Positions 39,701 to 60,500 of a stretch of 64,000 bases of DNA are shown piece by piece. The translations under genes were made by a program, and so were the position numbers. Every line of letters begins with the position of its first letter. Within the stretch, counting starts at the first letter, position 1. Below the pieces are notes generated by a model. It ran no database searches, was not told where the DNA came from, and worked only from the letters and a program-made list of their open reading frames with translations. Origin of the DNA: Callorhinchus milii (taxonomy: Eukaryota); NCBI RefSeq assembly GCF_018977255.1, contig NW_024704750.1:20336001-20400000 (forward strand), in the 5' to 3' direction.

Positions 39701-41106
39701 TAAAAATGAGGTTCCAGCTACCTGTTTAGATGGATGTTAAAGATAACATGGCTCTATTTAAAGAGAGAAGGGAGTTTCTCCCTGTGTCCTAGCCAATAAT
39801 CTTCCAAATAAAAATTAGTTTATCATTTCATGGCTGTTTGTGGAATAATGATGTGCAAGGTTTGGTTGCTGCGCTCGCCCACAAAATGTAGTCACTACAC
39901 TTTACAGTAAAACCCTCCGAAGCGCCTTGGAAAGTCCTCCTGACTATACCAAATGCAAGGATTATTATCAAAACCGCCAGTAAAAAAATCGGAAGCAACT
40001 TAATAACTTTTATTTTGCTGTTCTTTATTTGGAAAGACAATATAATTGGGGACATGATCATTGGAAGCAAAGCCGTGTGATATTTTAGAATTCAGTCGCA
40101 GCTTTTGCTGGGAGCAACTAAACCTTAGACATGAGTGATGGCAGCAGGTTGGATTCACTGGCACAGATGTATCATTTCACAATGACAGAAGCAGAAGTTT
40201 GATTGTTCAGAACCTAAACATGATTAAAGAGTAACTGACTAATCAATCGTATTTTATTCATTATGTTTCATATTGCATTTACCAGTGTAAATATTAGCTG
40301 TTTTTATATGTGCGCCATAAGGTAATAATAATAATCCTTGCATTTGATATAGCGCTTTTCACGTCTTCAAGTCGTCTCAAAGCGCTTCACAGAATATACT
40401 GTAAAGTGAATTGACTGTATATTTGTGGGCGAAACACGGCAGGCAATTGCGCACAGCATTGTCCCACAAACCGTCGTGGATTGAAGTGACAAATTGATTT
40501 TTTTTTCTTGAGGGATTATTATCAAGCGTGTGGAATAAGGAAACTTACCCAAGGTTTCACCCTGCCGGAAATCGAACCCAAGTCTCTCGATTGTGAGGCG
40601 AGTGCTCTAACCACTTTTAAACTTCATATAGGACAGTACTAGGACTCCACTAGGTATCTCTACTTAAGCCCAAGTAAGCAAGTTAGCAAATGGCAGGTCA
40701 GTATTTATGTGGCTGTCTCAAGGATAAAACTTTGGGTAAAGATATTGTAATAATAAAAAGAAATTCTTGCATTTGATATTCATGCATGTAAGCGAGGTCT
40801 CTTTGGAGGTGAACTGGCTCCAAGGTGACATGCTTGGCATCGGAATATAGGAATGAAGCCAGCATCAGAGTAACATGTTTCAGCTGGTAATCACTAACTA
40901 ATGAACGCCTCCCGCTTTAATGGGAGCAGATCTGGAGAAAGCACCAATAACTTCAAGCCTGTGAGGTACTGAATTTGGGGTGTCTGGGCCACATGTAAAA
41001 CTATCTCTTTTTACCAGTTTCCAGGCTGGAAAGAGAAAGTGCGGAAAACAGCAAATTGGTGATAATTATTTATTGAAACCGTCATAAGATTATTGATTGC
41101 AAGAGT

Positions 41107-44060
<2,954 letters not shown>

Positions 44061-45750
44061 TCTCGGAGATTTGTCTTGTGTTCGAGCAAATCCTCAGTTT
44101 ATCAGTGATTATTGCTTGGTTGTCCAATAAGAACCTTTGTCAATGTTACGAGAAGGACAGATTATCTCAAAATATCTCATAGCAAATTTGGGATTAGTTA
44201 CATTGATTATAAAAATATGTTTTTTTATGCTATCCCGCAATACCTCCCTCTCCCCACCTCTCTTGCTTCCTTCAAGTCCCTTCTAAAGACCTTCCTCTTC
44301 AACTGTGCCTTCGGACAGCCTCCCACCCCGAACCCCTGCCTTCGATCCCTCCTGACCTAACTCTCAGCTCGGGTCCAAAACCCCTGGTTGTCCAGCACCC
44401 TGGAACATCTTTCTGACGTGAAGGTCGCTATACAAGTGTAAAATGTTGTTTTTTAAACACGAGACTCATCTTAGGCCGTTCTAGGATATCAATCTTTAAT
44501 GTTATAAAAAGCGGAAATTGCCCCCAGTTATCAAACATTCTCAAAGAGCAGGAACTGAAAGCCTTGCCTGCTGTCCCAGCAATCCCCGCCTCTAGCCAGC
44601 TCACCTCATACTTTCCAGGATTAGGTACAAGCTCTCCAACAAGACATTTATATTTACTAAGTAAAATATTAAATTAATTAAATAAAACATTAAGTATATA
44701 CAAGTATACACCATATACATGCAAGGTGTTGTTGGCGATGGCTTGGGTACTGATAAGCACTCAGTAATAGCTGGGATATTGGGAATTCTGGGAAGCGGGG
44801 ACAGGATCTCATTGGCAGTTGTCGAGAGGAAGCAAACCTAAGATTGCTCCTGGAAGGAAGAACAAGTCAGGAATGTGTAGAAGGTCCCTGGGTCCCTGGA
44901 GCTCTGACTAGAAAAGTGACAACCCCTAGAGAGGGGACTGAGGAAACCCTGGCCCCAATGAGATGCTGAACTGACCCTCCAGAGGAGGAGAACAGAACAT
45001 AGAGTTTGGGTACCTGAGTGGAGATGTGAACTCACGTGTCCCCAGTGCTGAGCTCCTCATGTGAGACCCGGGGAATGTCAGTGCCAAGGACACACGTGCA
45101 CTTAGCCTCCTGCTTTTAACATGTCAAAATCTCGTCAAAATTCATCATCGGATGTTTGTCCCATTATTTCAGATCGCGAGAAGTTATCAAACCAAGCTCT
45201 AACTAGCAACTATAACATAGTTATTATTATTGTTATTCTGCGGGGGAACGACCTGTGCTTTGGACATTCTGATCTGGTCCCATTGAGGTTGCCCCACACA
45301 CTCACAGCATGATATCCTTCTGACGTGAAAGACGCTGTACAAATGTAATGTTGTTGTTGTGTACACATGATGTTCCTTTCAATCCTGTTTTAATCACTTT
45401 ACCTTCAGCTCGCTAAACCAGGAACTCAACCTTTTAGCAACCTGTTACGCTCCCCATGTTACAGGGTCAGAGTTAGTGTAATCTGCCCTTGTTTATGTCA
45501 GTGGATTCCCCTTCAGTCACCACTGGGGTTCATTTCCTCAGGAAGAATAAAGAACATTTTCTTGGTTGAAGCGTATATAAAGTTGATAATTGTTGGATAA
45601 TCCCTGGAGTCTTCATCCCCTTGCCCCCAAATTACATGCGATGTGTGCTGTAGCAAGAATAAGTTTGTTTTATTATCCTGAAGGAAAAGCTATGTGGGGG
45701 ATATCATAACACACATTGACAGTACAGTAAGAGTGGCTAATTGTCCTTTA

Positions 45751-46660
45751 GTGGAGTCCTGTAGCTCAGTGGTTAGAGCACTCGCCTCGCAAGTGAGAGA
45801 CTTGCCAGGCAGGGCGAAACCTTGGGCAAGTTTCCTTACTCCACACGCCTAATAATAATCCCTCCAAAAAACCAAAAACAATAATTAAATTGGTCATTTT
45901 CAATCTACGACTGTTTGTGGGACATTGCTGTGCGCAATTGGCTGCCGCGTTCGCCCACAAATATACAGTCAATTCACTTTACAGTGTGTTCTGTGAAGCG
46001 CTTTGGGACGTCCTCCTGACGTGAAAAGCGCTATATCAAATGCAAGGATTATTATTATTATTATTATTATTATTGGGTTCGATTCCCGGCAGGGCGAAAC
46101 CTTGGGCCATTTTCCTTACTTTACTCCAAACGCCTGATAATATTCCCCCAAGAAAAAAACAATAAGAAATTGGTCACGACTGTTTGTGGGACACTGCTGT
46201 ACACAATTGGCGGCCGCTTTTCGCCCACAAATATACAGTCAATTCACTTTACAGTATATTCTGTTGTGGAGTCCTGTAGCTCAGTGGTTAGAGCACTCGC
46301 TTTGCAAACGAGAGACCTGGGTTCGATTCCCAGCAGGGGGCGAAATCTTGGGCAAGTTTCCTTACTCCACACGCCTGATAATAATTCCTCAAAAAAAACA
46401 ATAATAAATTGGTCATTTCAATCCACGACTGTTTGTGTGACGCTGCTGTGCGCAATTGGCTGCCGCATTTTCGCCCACAAATGCACTCTACAGTCTATAC
46501 ACTCTACAGTCTATTCTGTGAAGCGCTTTGAGACATCTAGAAGACGTAAAAATGCTATACCAAATGCAAGGATTATTATTATTATATTCTGTGAAGCACT
46601 TTGAGACGTCTGGAAGATGGAATAAGGTGCTATATCAAATGCAAGGATTATTATTATTAT
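45751..46660 (+). mobile_element. Cluster of head-to-tail tRNA-derived Deu-type SINEs (full copies at about 45751-46073 and 46266-46585, partial copies between and after)
   Basis: GTGGAGTCCTGTAGCTCAGTGGTTAGAGCACTCGC head, GGGTTCGATTCCC B box, Deu core, and CAAATGCAAGG(ATT)n tails. Confidence 0.85.
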
Positions 46661-48377
46661 AATTGCCCAGTGTGCGGTAAGGCTGAGACATCACCATCAA
46701 ACACACAATCTGGTGAACAATATCAATACCTAAGTAAAGGCCAATTTGGTAGAGATAAGCTATTTTATTTATACATCTAAAGGATGTAATGAAGCTGCAA
46801 CAGGTACAGCTAGTATAATAAAAAAAAGTAATAATAATAAGTGTTATAACCCAAATTCCATGAACCTCCACATTTCTGAGCCAGGAGCAAGCTGTGATTG
46901 TGTGTATGTGGTGTCACAGTTTTGACCAATATTCCTCCTGTTGTTCTCTTCAACTTCTTCAACACATCAATCAGGTTCTGAATGTTGTGTGATCCATTAC
47001 CTGCAAACAATATTGCAAACATTACAGCCCTTTACACAGGGCTGGGATATCTTGATCCTACTTTATATGTCCTCGGAATGAACAGTGCATGTAATGTGAT
47101 TTGTTTTTAATAATATAAATGAAACTATATTGGTCATCGCGTGCTCCACATGTGCTATTGCAGTGAGAACATGTGTCAGAGACAGAGCATTTTGTGAATA
47201 AAATGGGAAACGTGAACCAGGGGAAAATTAGGAAATGTGCTTTTTAGCAAGAGTTAGTGAAAAAAAATGCATCCCACCTGACCCCCATAAACAGGTAAAT
47301 ACGAGGATGGTGGATGGTGATGTGTGGGGAAAGGTTTATAAACAACAAATTATTAAGAATAGTGCATGGTTTCCGATAGCGTAATTAATAAAGAAAAACG
47401 ACAAGTGTCAAGTGACAAAGGGTGACTATAAAAACCATAAATGTCTAATCTTGTCAAGAAAAACTAACTGAAGGAACATCCTGAACTGGACATCGGACAG
47501 CGTCACTGGGTAATGTGGGACATGATGTCTGTTACTGGAATAAGTGGGGCCCGATTATTAAGGGGGAGGTGAAATCTGGGACAGTGAAATAAAGCATCAA
47601 CTTTAATTCTCAAAATAATCGGAATTACTTTCATTCCATTGCTCTCCTGTGCTCTCTGAATGAACTTCTCTGGTGAATTAAGAGTTAGCAAAATTTGAGG
47701 ACATTGTTTTATTGTTGAGCATCACATCTGGCTGGACTGAGGAAAGTGGACGATCATTGAAAAACCACTGAAGATTTTCAAGTGAGTTTGACATTTTTCG
47801 ATTACAATGCATCCTCTCATTGCTATCTCGATGCCGTGCTCAACCCAACCAGGCGATGAGATATTTTATTTATATAATTAAAGGATGTAATGAGCTGCAG
47901 CTAGGGTTATAATTTGGGAATTTGGTTTATATCACTTATTATAATTATTATTTTATTATTATTATACTAACTGTATGGATTTAGACAAACGCCATAACAT
48001 AGTCCAATAAGCACATCTCTAACAGTTTTACAATTACCGGGTAATCCAAAGACGGGCGATGAATAGTTCATGAGGAATAGTTTGATTTTAAAGGCGAAAT
48101 CAAAATATACTTGGCTGTTTTGTTTTGTTGGAACGTCCTCCTGACGTGAAAGGCGCTTTATAAATGGAATCTTGTTGTTGTTGTTGTTAATACAAATGTA
48201 ATGATTGGCTAATACAGCTTTGCATTTTAATATGATTATTTTACAATCATTTTATTTTCTAACAATAAATTAGCTGATGTTGTCCTTTTGGCTCCTCGTG
48301 TTGATCTTGGATTCTTACTGTCTGCCAAAAAGAACAGGACTTGCCAGAGATCAACTTGTAGACAAGGATTGGAGAAG

Positions 48378-50890
<2,513 letters not shown>

Positions 50891-51827
50891 AGGAATGTCT
50901 ATTTATATCTGGATTTGTGAGACGTTCCTCCATAATAACCTTTTAAAACAATTAAAATATTTAATATTGCAACACTATTGTCTCATTTTCCCATTTTCGA
51001 CTCTCCTCTTGAAGCTGATGAATGGTTTCCTGGGAATGGATGTACGTTTGGGCACTTTTGGTCAGCCGGGTGACTGAGACCTGCAGAAACCCATCAACAT
51101 GTATAAGAGTATCCAAACTCAGATTTCATATATGTATACCACCTACACACTGACATTCCCCTGTGTCTGGAATGCATCTCTTCCTGGAGGGGAAGTATCC
51201 AGGGGAGGTAATCATGTACCATGATTACATAATTCTGGAGAGTATTAGGCACAGGTTGGCATGACTGATGATGAGAATAATATTTTGGGATACAGTATAT
51301 AAGTAATTTGAGTGACGACATATGGCAAGTGTAGTCTGCTTGGGAAAACAGGCAACTTTGGACCTATGGTTCCCAAATCTTACTACCACAGGTAATTTGT
51401 CTTTGCCTCATGCCTGAGTCTGTTGTAGATTAATGGATAGAGATTGATTGCCCAGTGGGTAGTAGTACTGTCCTCTTGCTCTGAGTCAGGAGGTTGTGAT
51501 ATTCTTAAACATGGTGTGCTGCCCCAGGAATAATTGGCCATTCACTCCATGGTTGTTTTGGGGACTTTGCTGGGCACAAATTAGCTGTCACATTCCCCTA
51601 CAGAATACACACTTATTACACTTTGTGTCAACTGTGAAATGCTTTGAGATGACCTCCCAAGATGACAGATGCTATATCAAATGTAAGGCGGATTATTATG
51701 ATTAATATTTTGATTGATGGCACATTGTGACACCTTGACCCGCCCACAGGAAGCGAGACATCTGGATGCACAAAGAAACGTGTCAACATATCATTGCAGT
51801 CTCATTCTCTGAGCTCTGAGCTGAGTC

Positions 51828-52139
51828 ATAATAATAATCCTTGCATTTGATATAGCGCTTTTCACGTCTTCTAGACATCTCAAAGCACTTCACAGAATAG
51901 ACCGTAAAGTGAATTGACTGTATATTTGTGTGAGAAATGCGGCAGCCAATTGTGCACAGCAGTGTCCCACAAATAGTCGTGGTTTGAAATTAACAATTTT
52001 TTTTTTGTTGTTTTTTTGTTTGAGGGATTATTATCAGGCGTGTGGAGTAAGGAAACTTGCCCAAGGTTTCACTCTGCCGGGAATCAAACCCAGGTCTCTC
52101 TCTTGCAAAGTGAGTGCTCTAACCACTGAGCTACAGGAG
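51828..52139 (-). mobile_element. tRNA-derived Deu-type SINE, near full length
   Basis: Tail AATAATCCTTGCATTTGATATAGCGC through to head CTCTAACCACTGAGCTACAGGA. Confidence 0.85.
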
Positions 52140-52254
52140 TCATCACCATCATAAATCCTGTCATAGTTTAGCTTAATTATTTAGAGCCTTTATGTTATTG
52201 TTGAATCCCCCATACAATGCAGTCAAGCTATATTGAACAATTTGAACAAGAGTT

Positions 52255-52745
52255 GTATTGCAATAATAATAATAATAATAACCCTTGGATTTGCTCGAGA
52301 GCCTTATTATGTCATTGATCTCAAAACACTTCACCGGATATACTGTAAAGTATGCAAGTAGCTCCAGGACTCTACCCCGCGTGAAGGGTATTGTATAAAT
52401 GCAAGTTGTTATTGTAAAGTGGATTGACTTTGTATTTTGTGGGTGGAACAAATAGCCAAGGAGTGAGTGACCAATTTCACTTGGGGGGATTGTTGGCCAG
52501 AACACCAGAAGACAGAAACTCCCTTCTCCTTTTGAATGGTGCCATGGCATCTTTAACGTCCACCTGAACAGGTAGACGGGACTTTGGTTTAACGACTCAT
52601 CCCGAAGGACAGCACCTCCGACAACGCAACACACCCTAGCAACGGAATTGGAGTGTTGAATGTGTAATTCCAAGTCCTGACGTGGGCCTTGAACCCACAA
52701 ACTTCTGATTCAGAGGCGAGAGCGCTACCACTGAGCCAGGCTGAC
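52255..52745 (-). mobile_element. Longer SacSINE1-like Deu SINE with an inserted tail fragment
   Basis: Reverse complement of the AGCCTGGCTCAGTGGTAGCGCTCTCGCCTCTGAATCAGAAG head; GTTAAAGATGCCATGGCAC middle. Confidence 0.75.
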
Positions 52746-53252
52746 ACACAAGAGACATCATACTTTACCCCTGTTTACATATTCAAAACCAATACAGCTT
52801 CAGAGGTTCTAAAGCTTTCCAAAGTGACATTTATGGCACCAGAAAGCTGTAAGCAGTAGTGACAATAGACCAAAAGCAAATAAAATATATACTGAAGACA
52901 TGGCAGGTTTATAGCAGTAATTGACATCAGAATACCAAAGCTAGAATTCAACAACTTTTTTATTTCATACTTTCTACATACACAAGGATAACACAATTGG
53001 CTGTTGGCTCAAAGCACATTAATACTTTGGTTTTCTGATTTCTGGCGTTGAAGGAGATACTGGAATCAATGGTGACTGAGAGCCACCGGTAAAGCTGTAC
53101 CCATGGACTAGTCTTAAGGACAAGATAGGAGAAAGATGGGGAAATATAGCTTCCAGAATGTTAACAAATCATTTGAACTGCCTAGTTTCTAAGACTAATG
53201 ATTTTGAGACTCACCTATCTGGAGCTAAATTAAATGACAGACATGTCACTCC

Positions 53253-56162
<2,910 letters not shown>

Positions 56163-57054
56163 GCTGTCTGTAGCAGGTTGTCCTGAGTCCTGAGTTTCCG
56201 GGATGGATTTGTATCAATTTGTTTTTGATGAGGTGAGAGTTATTAACTCCTAAATCAAGAAACAACATTTATAAAATTGAATCGTAAATAGAGGGCATTG
56301 TCTTCCTAATCTTTAGCTCAATACCTCACACACCTTGGAGTCTAAGTAACTTTATTTTAACTTAAATTAACTTTAAACGCATGGTTAATTCACTGTGTGG
56401 CCAAACAGGTGCGCTTTGTGATGATTCTTAAAGTATTGAAATATGTAAAGTAATAAACGGAAATTCACCCCCAAAACTAAAGATTTTTGGTCCCACACAA
56501 AGTCGTTGAAGTGACTTCACTTCATACAGTACAAATCTTGGGAACTTCATATGGAAACACATTGCCAGAGACAGCATTTACAGCAATAAATAAAAATCTT
56601 TTTTTAAAAATGTAGTCACTGTTCAATTTATCAGCCGAGGAATTGAAATTCACCATTAATAGTTTGATTAAATAGAGCTACAGTGCTAAACTCTTTTCAA
56701 AAAGTTTCTCGGGTTATATATTGAGATAGTGAGATGATTGACAGACAAAAACATTGATCAGAAGGCATACAACAACAACAACAACTTTCATCTATATTGC
56801 GCCCTTCACACGGGGCCATGTCTCAGAGTGCTTGAGTTGAGCAGCAAAAGGGAAAGAAAGGAATTAGTGAAAGCCAGAAAGTACCAACAACAGGAAATGT
56901 TGAAGGAGAGAAGGAGACAGACACACTGCTGAAAATTGGAAGATAAAACTCTCAGCCCGAGAGGTGCACAGAGACAAAGATGTTCATCCTTTCATCCTTC
57001 ACTGGCTGCATGGATGATAGAAAAAATAAATTAACTCTAAAGATTATAATAAGA

Positions 57055-57364
57055 ATAATAATCCTTGCATTTGATATAGCACTTATCATGTCTTCGAGAC
57101 ATCTCAAAGCGCTTCACAGAATATACTGTAAAGTGAATCGACTATGTATTTGTGGGCGAAACACAGCAGCCAATTGCGCACAGCAGTGTCCCATAGACAG
57201 TCGTGGATTGAAGTCACCAATTTATTATTGTCTTCTTTCTTGAGGAATTATTATCAGCATGTGGAGTAAGGAAACTTGCCCAAGGTTTCGCCCTGCTGAG
57301 AATCAAACTCAGGTCCTCTCGCTTGTGAGGTGAGTGCTCTAACCACTGAGCTACAGGACTCCAC
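57055..57364 (-). mobile_element. tRNA-derived Deu-type SINE, full length
   Basis: Tail through to the head CTACAGGACTCCAC. Confidence 0.85.
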
Positions 57365-57793
57365 AACAGTTAGAAACACTGTAGTTAGAAACAACAACAA
57401 CAACTTGCATTTATATAGCGCCTTTCATGCGGTGTAGCATCCCGGAGTGCTTAAAAAACATTGAATCATCCTCTTACCATGAGACAGCAGGTTCTGTTTA
57501 TAATTAAGGTGAATTATTAAAAAAAAGACAAAGAGATAAATGTGAGATGTGGAGAAGGTAAGAATTGGCAGAGGAGGTGAATAGGTTTGGAGACCAAGTG
57601 AGAAGGGCTGGAAAGCTACATAAGGCATTGGTATAGAGCAGATAGAAAACACTTGTAAAGTCCTGACCAAGAGAAACAGCTCGAGGTAAGACATTGGGAA
57701 GGAGAAGCAAAAATCCCTGCCCTGTATGGAGACAGGAAAGGAATGAGAAACAGTTGACTTCAGTGAGAAGATTCGTGGAGATGAAAATCCCAA

Positions 57794-57950
57794 ACTTACG
57801 TAAATGTTGAGCAGTGTTGAGTTCTCTTCAGTGTGCGTAAGTGCGGTGGTGACTGCTGAGTGTCCATACAGTGGAGCTGAGCCTTTTAACCCAACCACAT
57901 CTCGTAGCAATTCCTTATCACAACCTGACCGACTAGTCAACATCGCGAGA
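57794..57950 (-). promoter_or_regulatory. Putative core promoter and non-coding first exon of paralogue 7
   Basis: On the minus strand: TCTCGCGA (57950-57943), CGAGATG, TTAAAA (57889-57884) and donor GTAAGT (57799-57794). Confidence 0.55.
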
Positions 57951-58218
57951 GAGCATAAAATACAAACTAGCAGTGTTTGATGTCATTCATGTTGTGTGTG
58001 GGGGGGGATTCTGTCATTTGGACAGACTTATGAAAGATATATTTGATGTTTGCTTCTGCACTGGTTAATAGACTTAGCTTTCTTTCGCTGGCAAAGTTGA
58101 GAATTTAACATTTGACAATTCGTAGCATCATACTGTGGTCCTAATTGGGTTATATTGCGATAGGCCCCTTGTCTATTTTATTTCCCTCTCATCAACTATA
58201 GCTGTTAGGGAGATTGTC

Positions 58219-58655
58219 AGCCTGGCTCAATGGTAACGCTCTCACCTCTGGGTCAGAAGGTTGTGGGTTGGGTTCCAGCTCTACGTTGGGACTTGGAATC
58301 ACATAGTCTAAGCTGACACTCCATTGCAGTGCTGGGGGTGTGTTTCATTGTTGGCGGTATCGGCCTTCAGATGAGACGTTAAACCAAGACCCCCATCTGC
58401 CTTTCAAGTGGATGGTAAAGATCCCATGGCACTATTTGAAAAGCGAACAGAGTTCCTCTCTCCCGGTGTCCTGGCCAACAATCCCCCAAAATAAAATTGG
58501 TCACTCACTCCACGGCTGTTTGTGGGACATTGCTGTGGGCAATTGGTTGCTGTTTTTTGCCCACAAAATACACAGTCACTCCACTTTACAGTATATCCTG
58601 TGAAGCGCTTTAGATGTCTCAACGACATGAGATATCAAATGCAAGAATTATTATT
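58219..58655 (+). mobile_element. SacSINE1-like Deu SINE
   Basis: AGCCTGGCTCAATGGTAAC head, TGTTTGTGGGACATTGCTGTG core and CAAATGCAAGAATTATT tail. Confidence 0.8.
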
Positions 58656-60179
58656 GGGTGACTAACATATCTGTTAGTCATCAAATGGTCGGAATTATAT
58701 TCCACAGAATGAATTGAATGAAGAATGCATCACAGTTAAAATAATCACTTTGAATAGAACAGAGGATAAATGCTGGATTCATATCCCCATATCACATCCA
58801 ATAATAATTCTATCCACAATATTATAGGCAACTGCGTTGAATTCAAGATTCCATATGTGGTGCTTATCATATAGAAAATGATAACATAGAGTTCATAATT
58901 AGACTACAATTGATATATTGATATAATTATGTAGATATTAACCCATCCAGCATATTAAGACACTAATATGCTATTATATTGATGTGATAATTCACTGCAA
59001 TACCTTCATGAAAAATAGAGAATCTATTGAAAAATATTTCTATTGATTGGTACTCAAATCAAAGAGGCATCAAGCCAGATGACTACATGAACTTACTGAT
59101 AGCAAGTCATGATAATATGGTGCAGGTAATTCAGGAAGCCGTTGGAGGGTGGATTCTAGAGGTTATATTAACAGTTTTAACTCAGGTCACCACACGTAGT
59201 TCAGGGCTGTGCTGAGAGGAGGGGAGGGGTGGGTGAGAGGAATCTCTTTTGGGGCTAAAGATGCCTGGCAACAGAATACTCAAGTCAAGTCAATCCTCTC
59301 TGTTGATCTCAGTAATAATGATAAATAATAATCCTTACATTTGCCACAGCATCGTTTATGTTGGGAGTTTGTCTCAAAGTGCTTCACGGGATACTGTAAA
59401 GTCCAATGACTGTGTTTTGTGGGCAAAAGTAGGGCACTCCCGGCTGCCTCTTTGGCCAGACCTGGAAGGGTAGACCAGTCATTGGGAGCAGGGAATCATC
59501 CCACTTAGCTCCTGTTAGCCCTGCAAGCCAAAGCTCTAACAGGTAGAGTGGTCCTAGCTGGACAATTAGTGTGAAAGCTTGCTAGACTTAGATTTGGTGA
59601 GCACGTCAGAATTGTAATTGAAAATGTAGAGAAAAATCAGAAAAAGGGGAAGAACTTTAAACAAGCCAATAATGAAGAATGATGAAGAAAGTTAAGGTTT
59701 GCACTCTGTCGGTATGCAATTAACACAATACCCCATGCACATGTTTAAAATATCCATTTTGTTGATCTCGTAAGCTTCCCTCAAAACATCAGTGAAGGTT
59801 CCTTGCCCCAAAAATGCAAACACTATTGCAAATGTGACTTGAAGGCTAGAATATTGTGTTTCTACTTTTTCTCCTATGTCCTCAGAATGACCAGTGAATT
59901 AAATGTGCCGAAGCAGGGAAGTGACACAATATTGACCAGCGAGCCCTCTACATAAACTTAATGTTAACCTGGACTATTGGCACACAATTGAGGAAAAATT
60001 CACCCAGGTCCAGTTTTAAGCAGCTAGAATTTGGCAAATTGTTGAATTCAGTTTTTGAAGCTTTTGTACAGTTCTTAAAAGAATATAATTAAAATGGCTT
60101 CAACATTAAGTCTATATTTAAGCGTTTTGTGAGCCACAGGGAAAATGGAGCTCAAGGAGAAATACTAACATCCATTCTT

Positions 60180-60500
60180 TTAATAATAATATACTATGTT
60201 TTGATATAGCGCCTTATCACGTCTTTGAGATGTGTCAAAGAGCTTCACAGAATATACTGTAAAGTGAATTGACTATATTTTGTGGACGAAACACAGCAGC
60301 TAATTGCAGTGACTGACAAATATTCATGGATTGAGTGACCACATTTTTGTTTAAGGGATTATTACCCTCTTACAAAGCGATCCGCCAATTGACTAACAAC
60401 CAGGTTCCTACTTACTGCTTGGTAAACAAAGGCATGTGGAGTAAGGATATTTGCCTCATGTTTCATCCTGCCTGGGAATTGAACCCAGGTTCTCTCTGAG
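60180..60500 (-). mobile_element. Degenerate tRNA-derived Deu-type SINE
   Basis: GATATAGCGCCTTATCACGTC...CACAGAATATACTGTAAAGTGAATTGAC...GAACCCAGG. Confidence 0.7.

Noticed and set aside
45751-46340. tRNA-like sequences (TAGCTCAGTGGTTAGAGC...GGTTCGATTCCC)
   Set aside because: These are SINE heads continuing into Deu core and (ATT)n tails, not tRNA genes.
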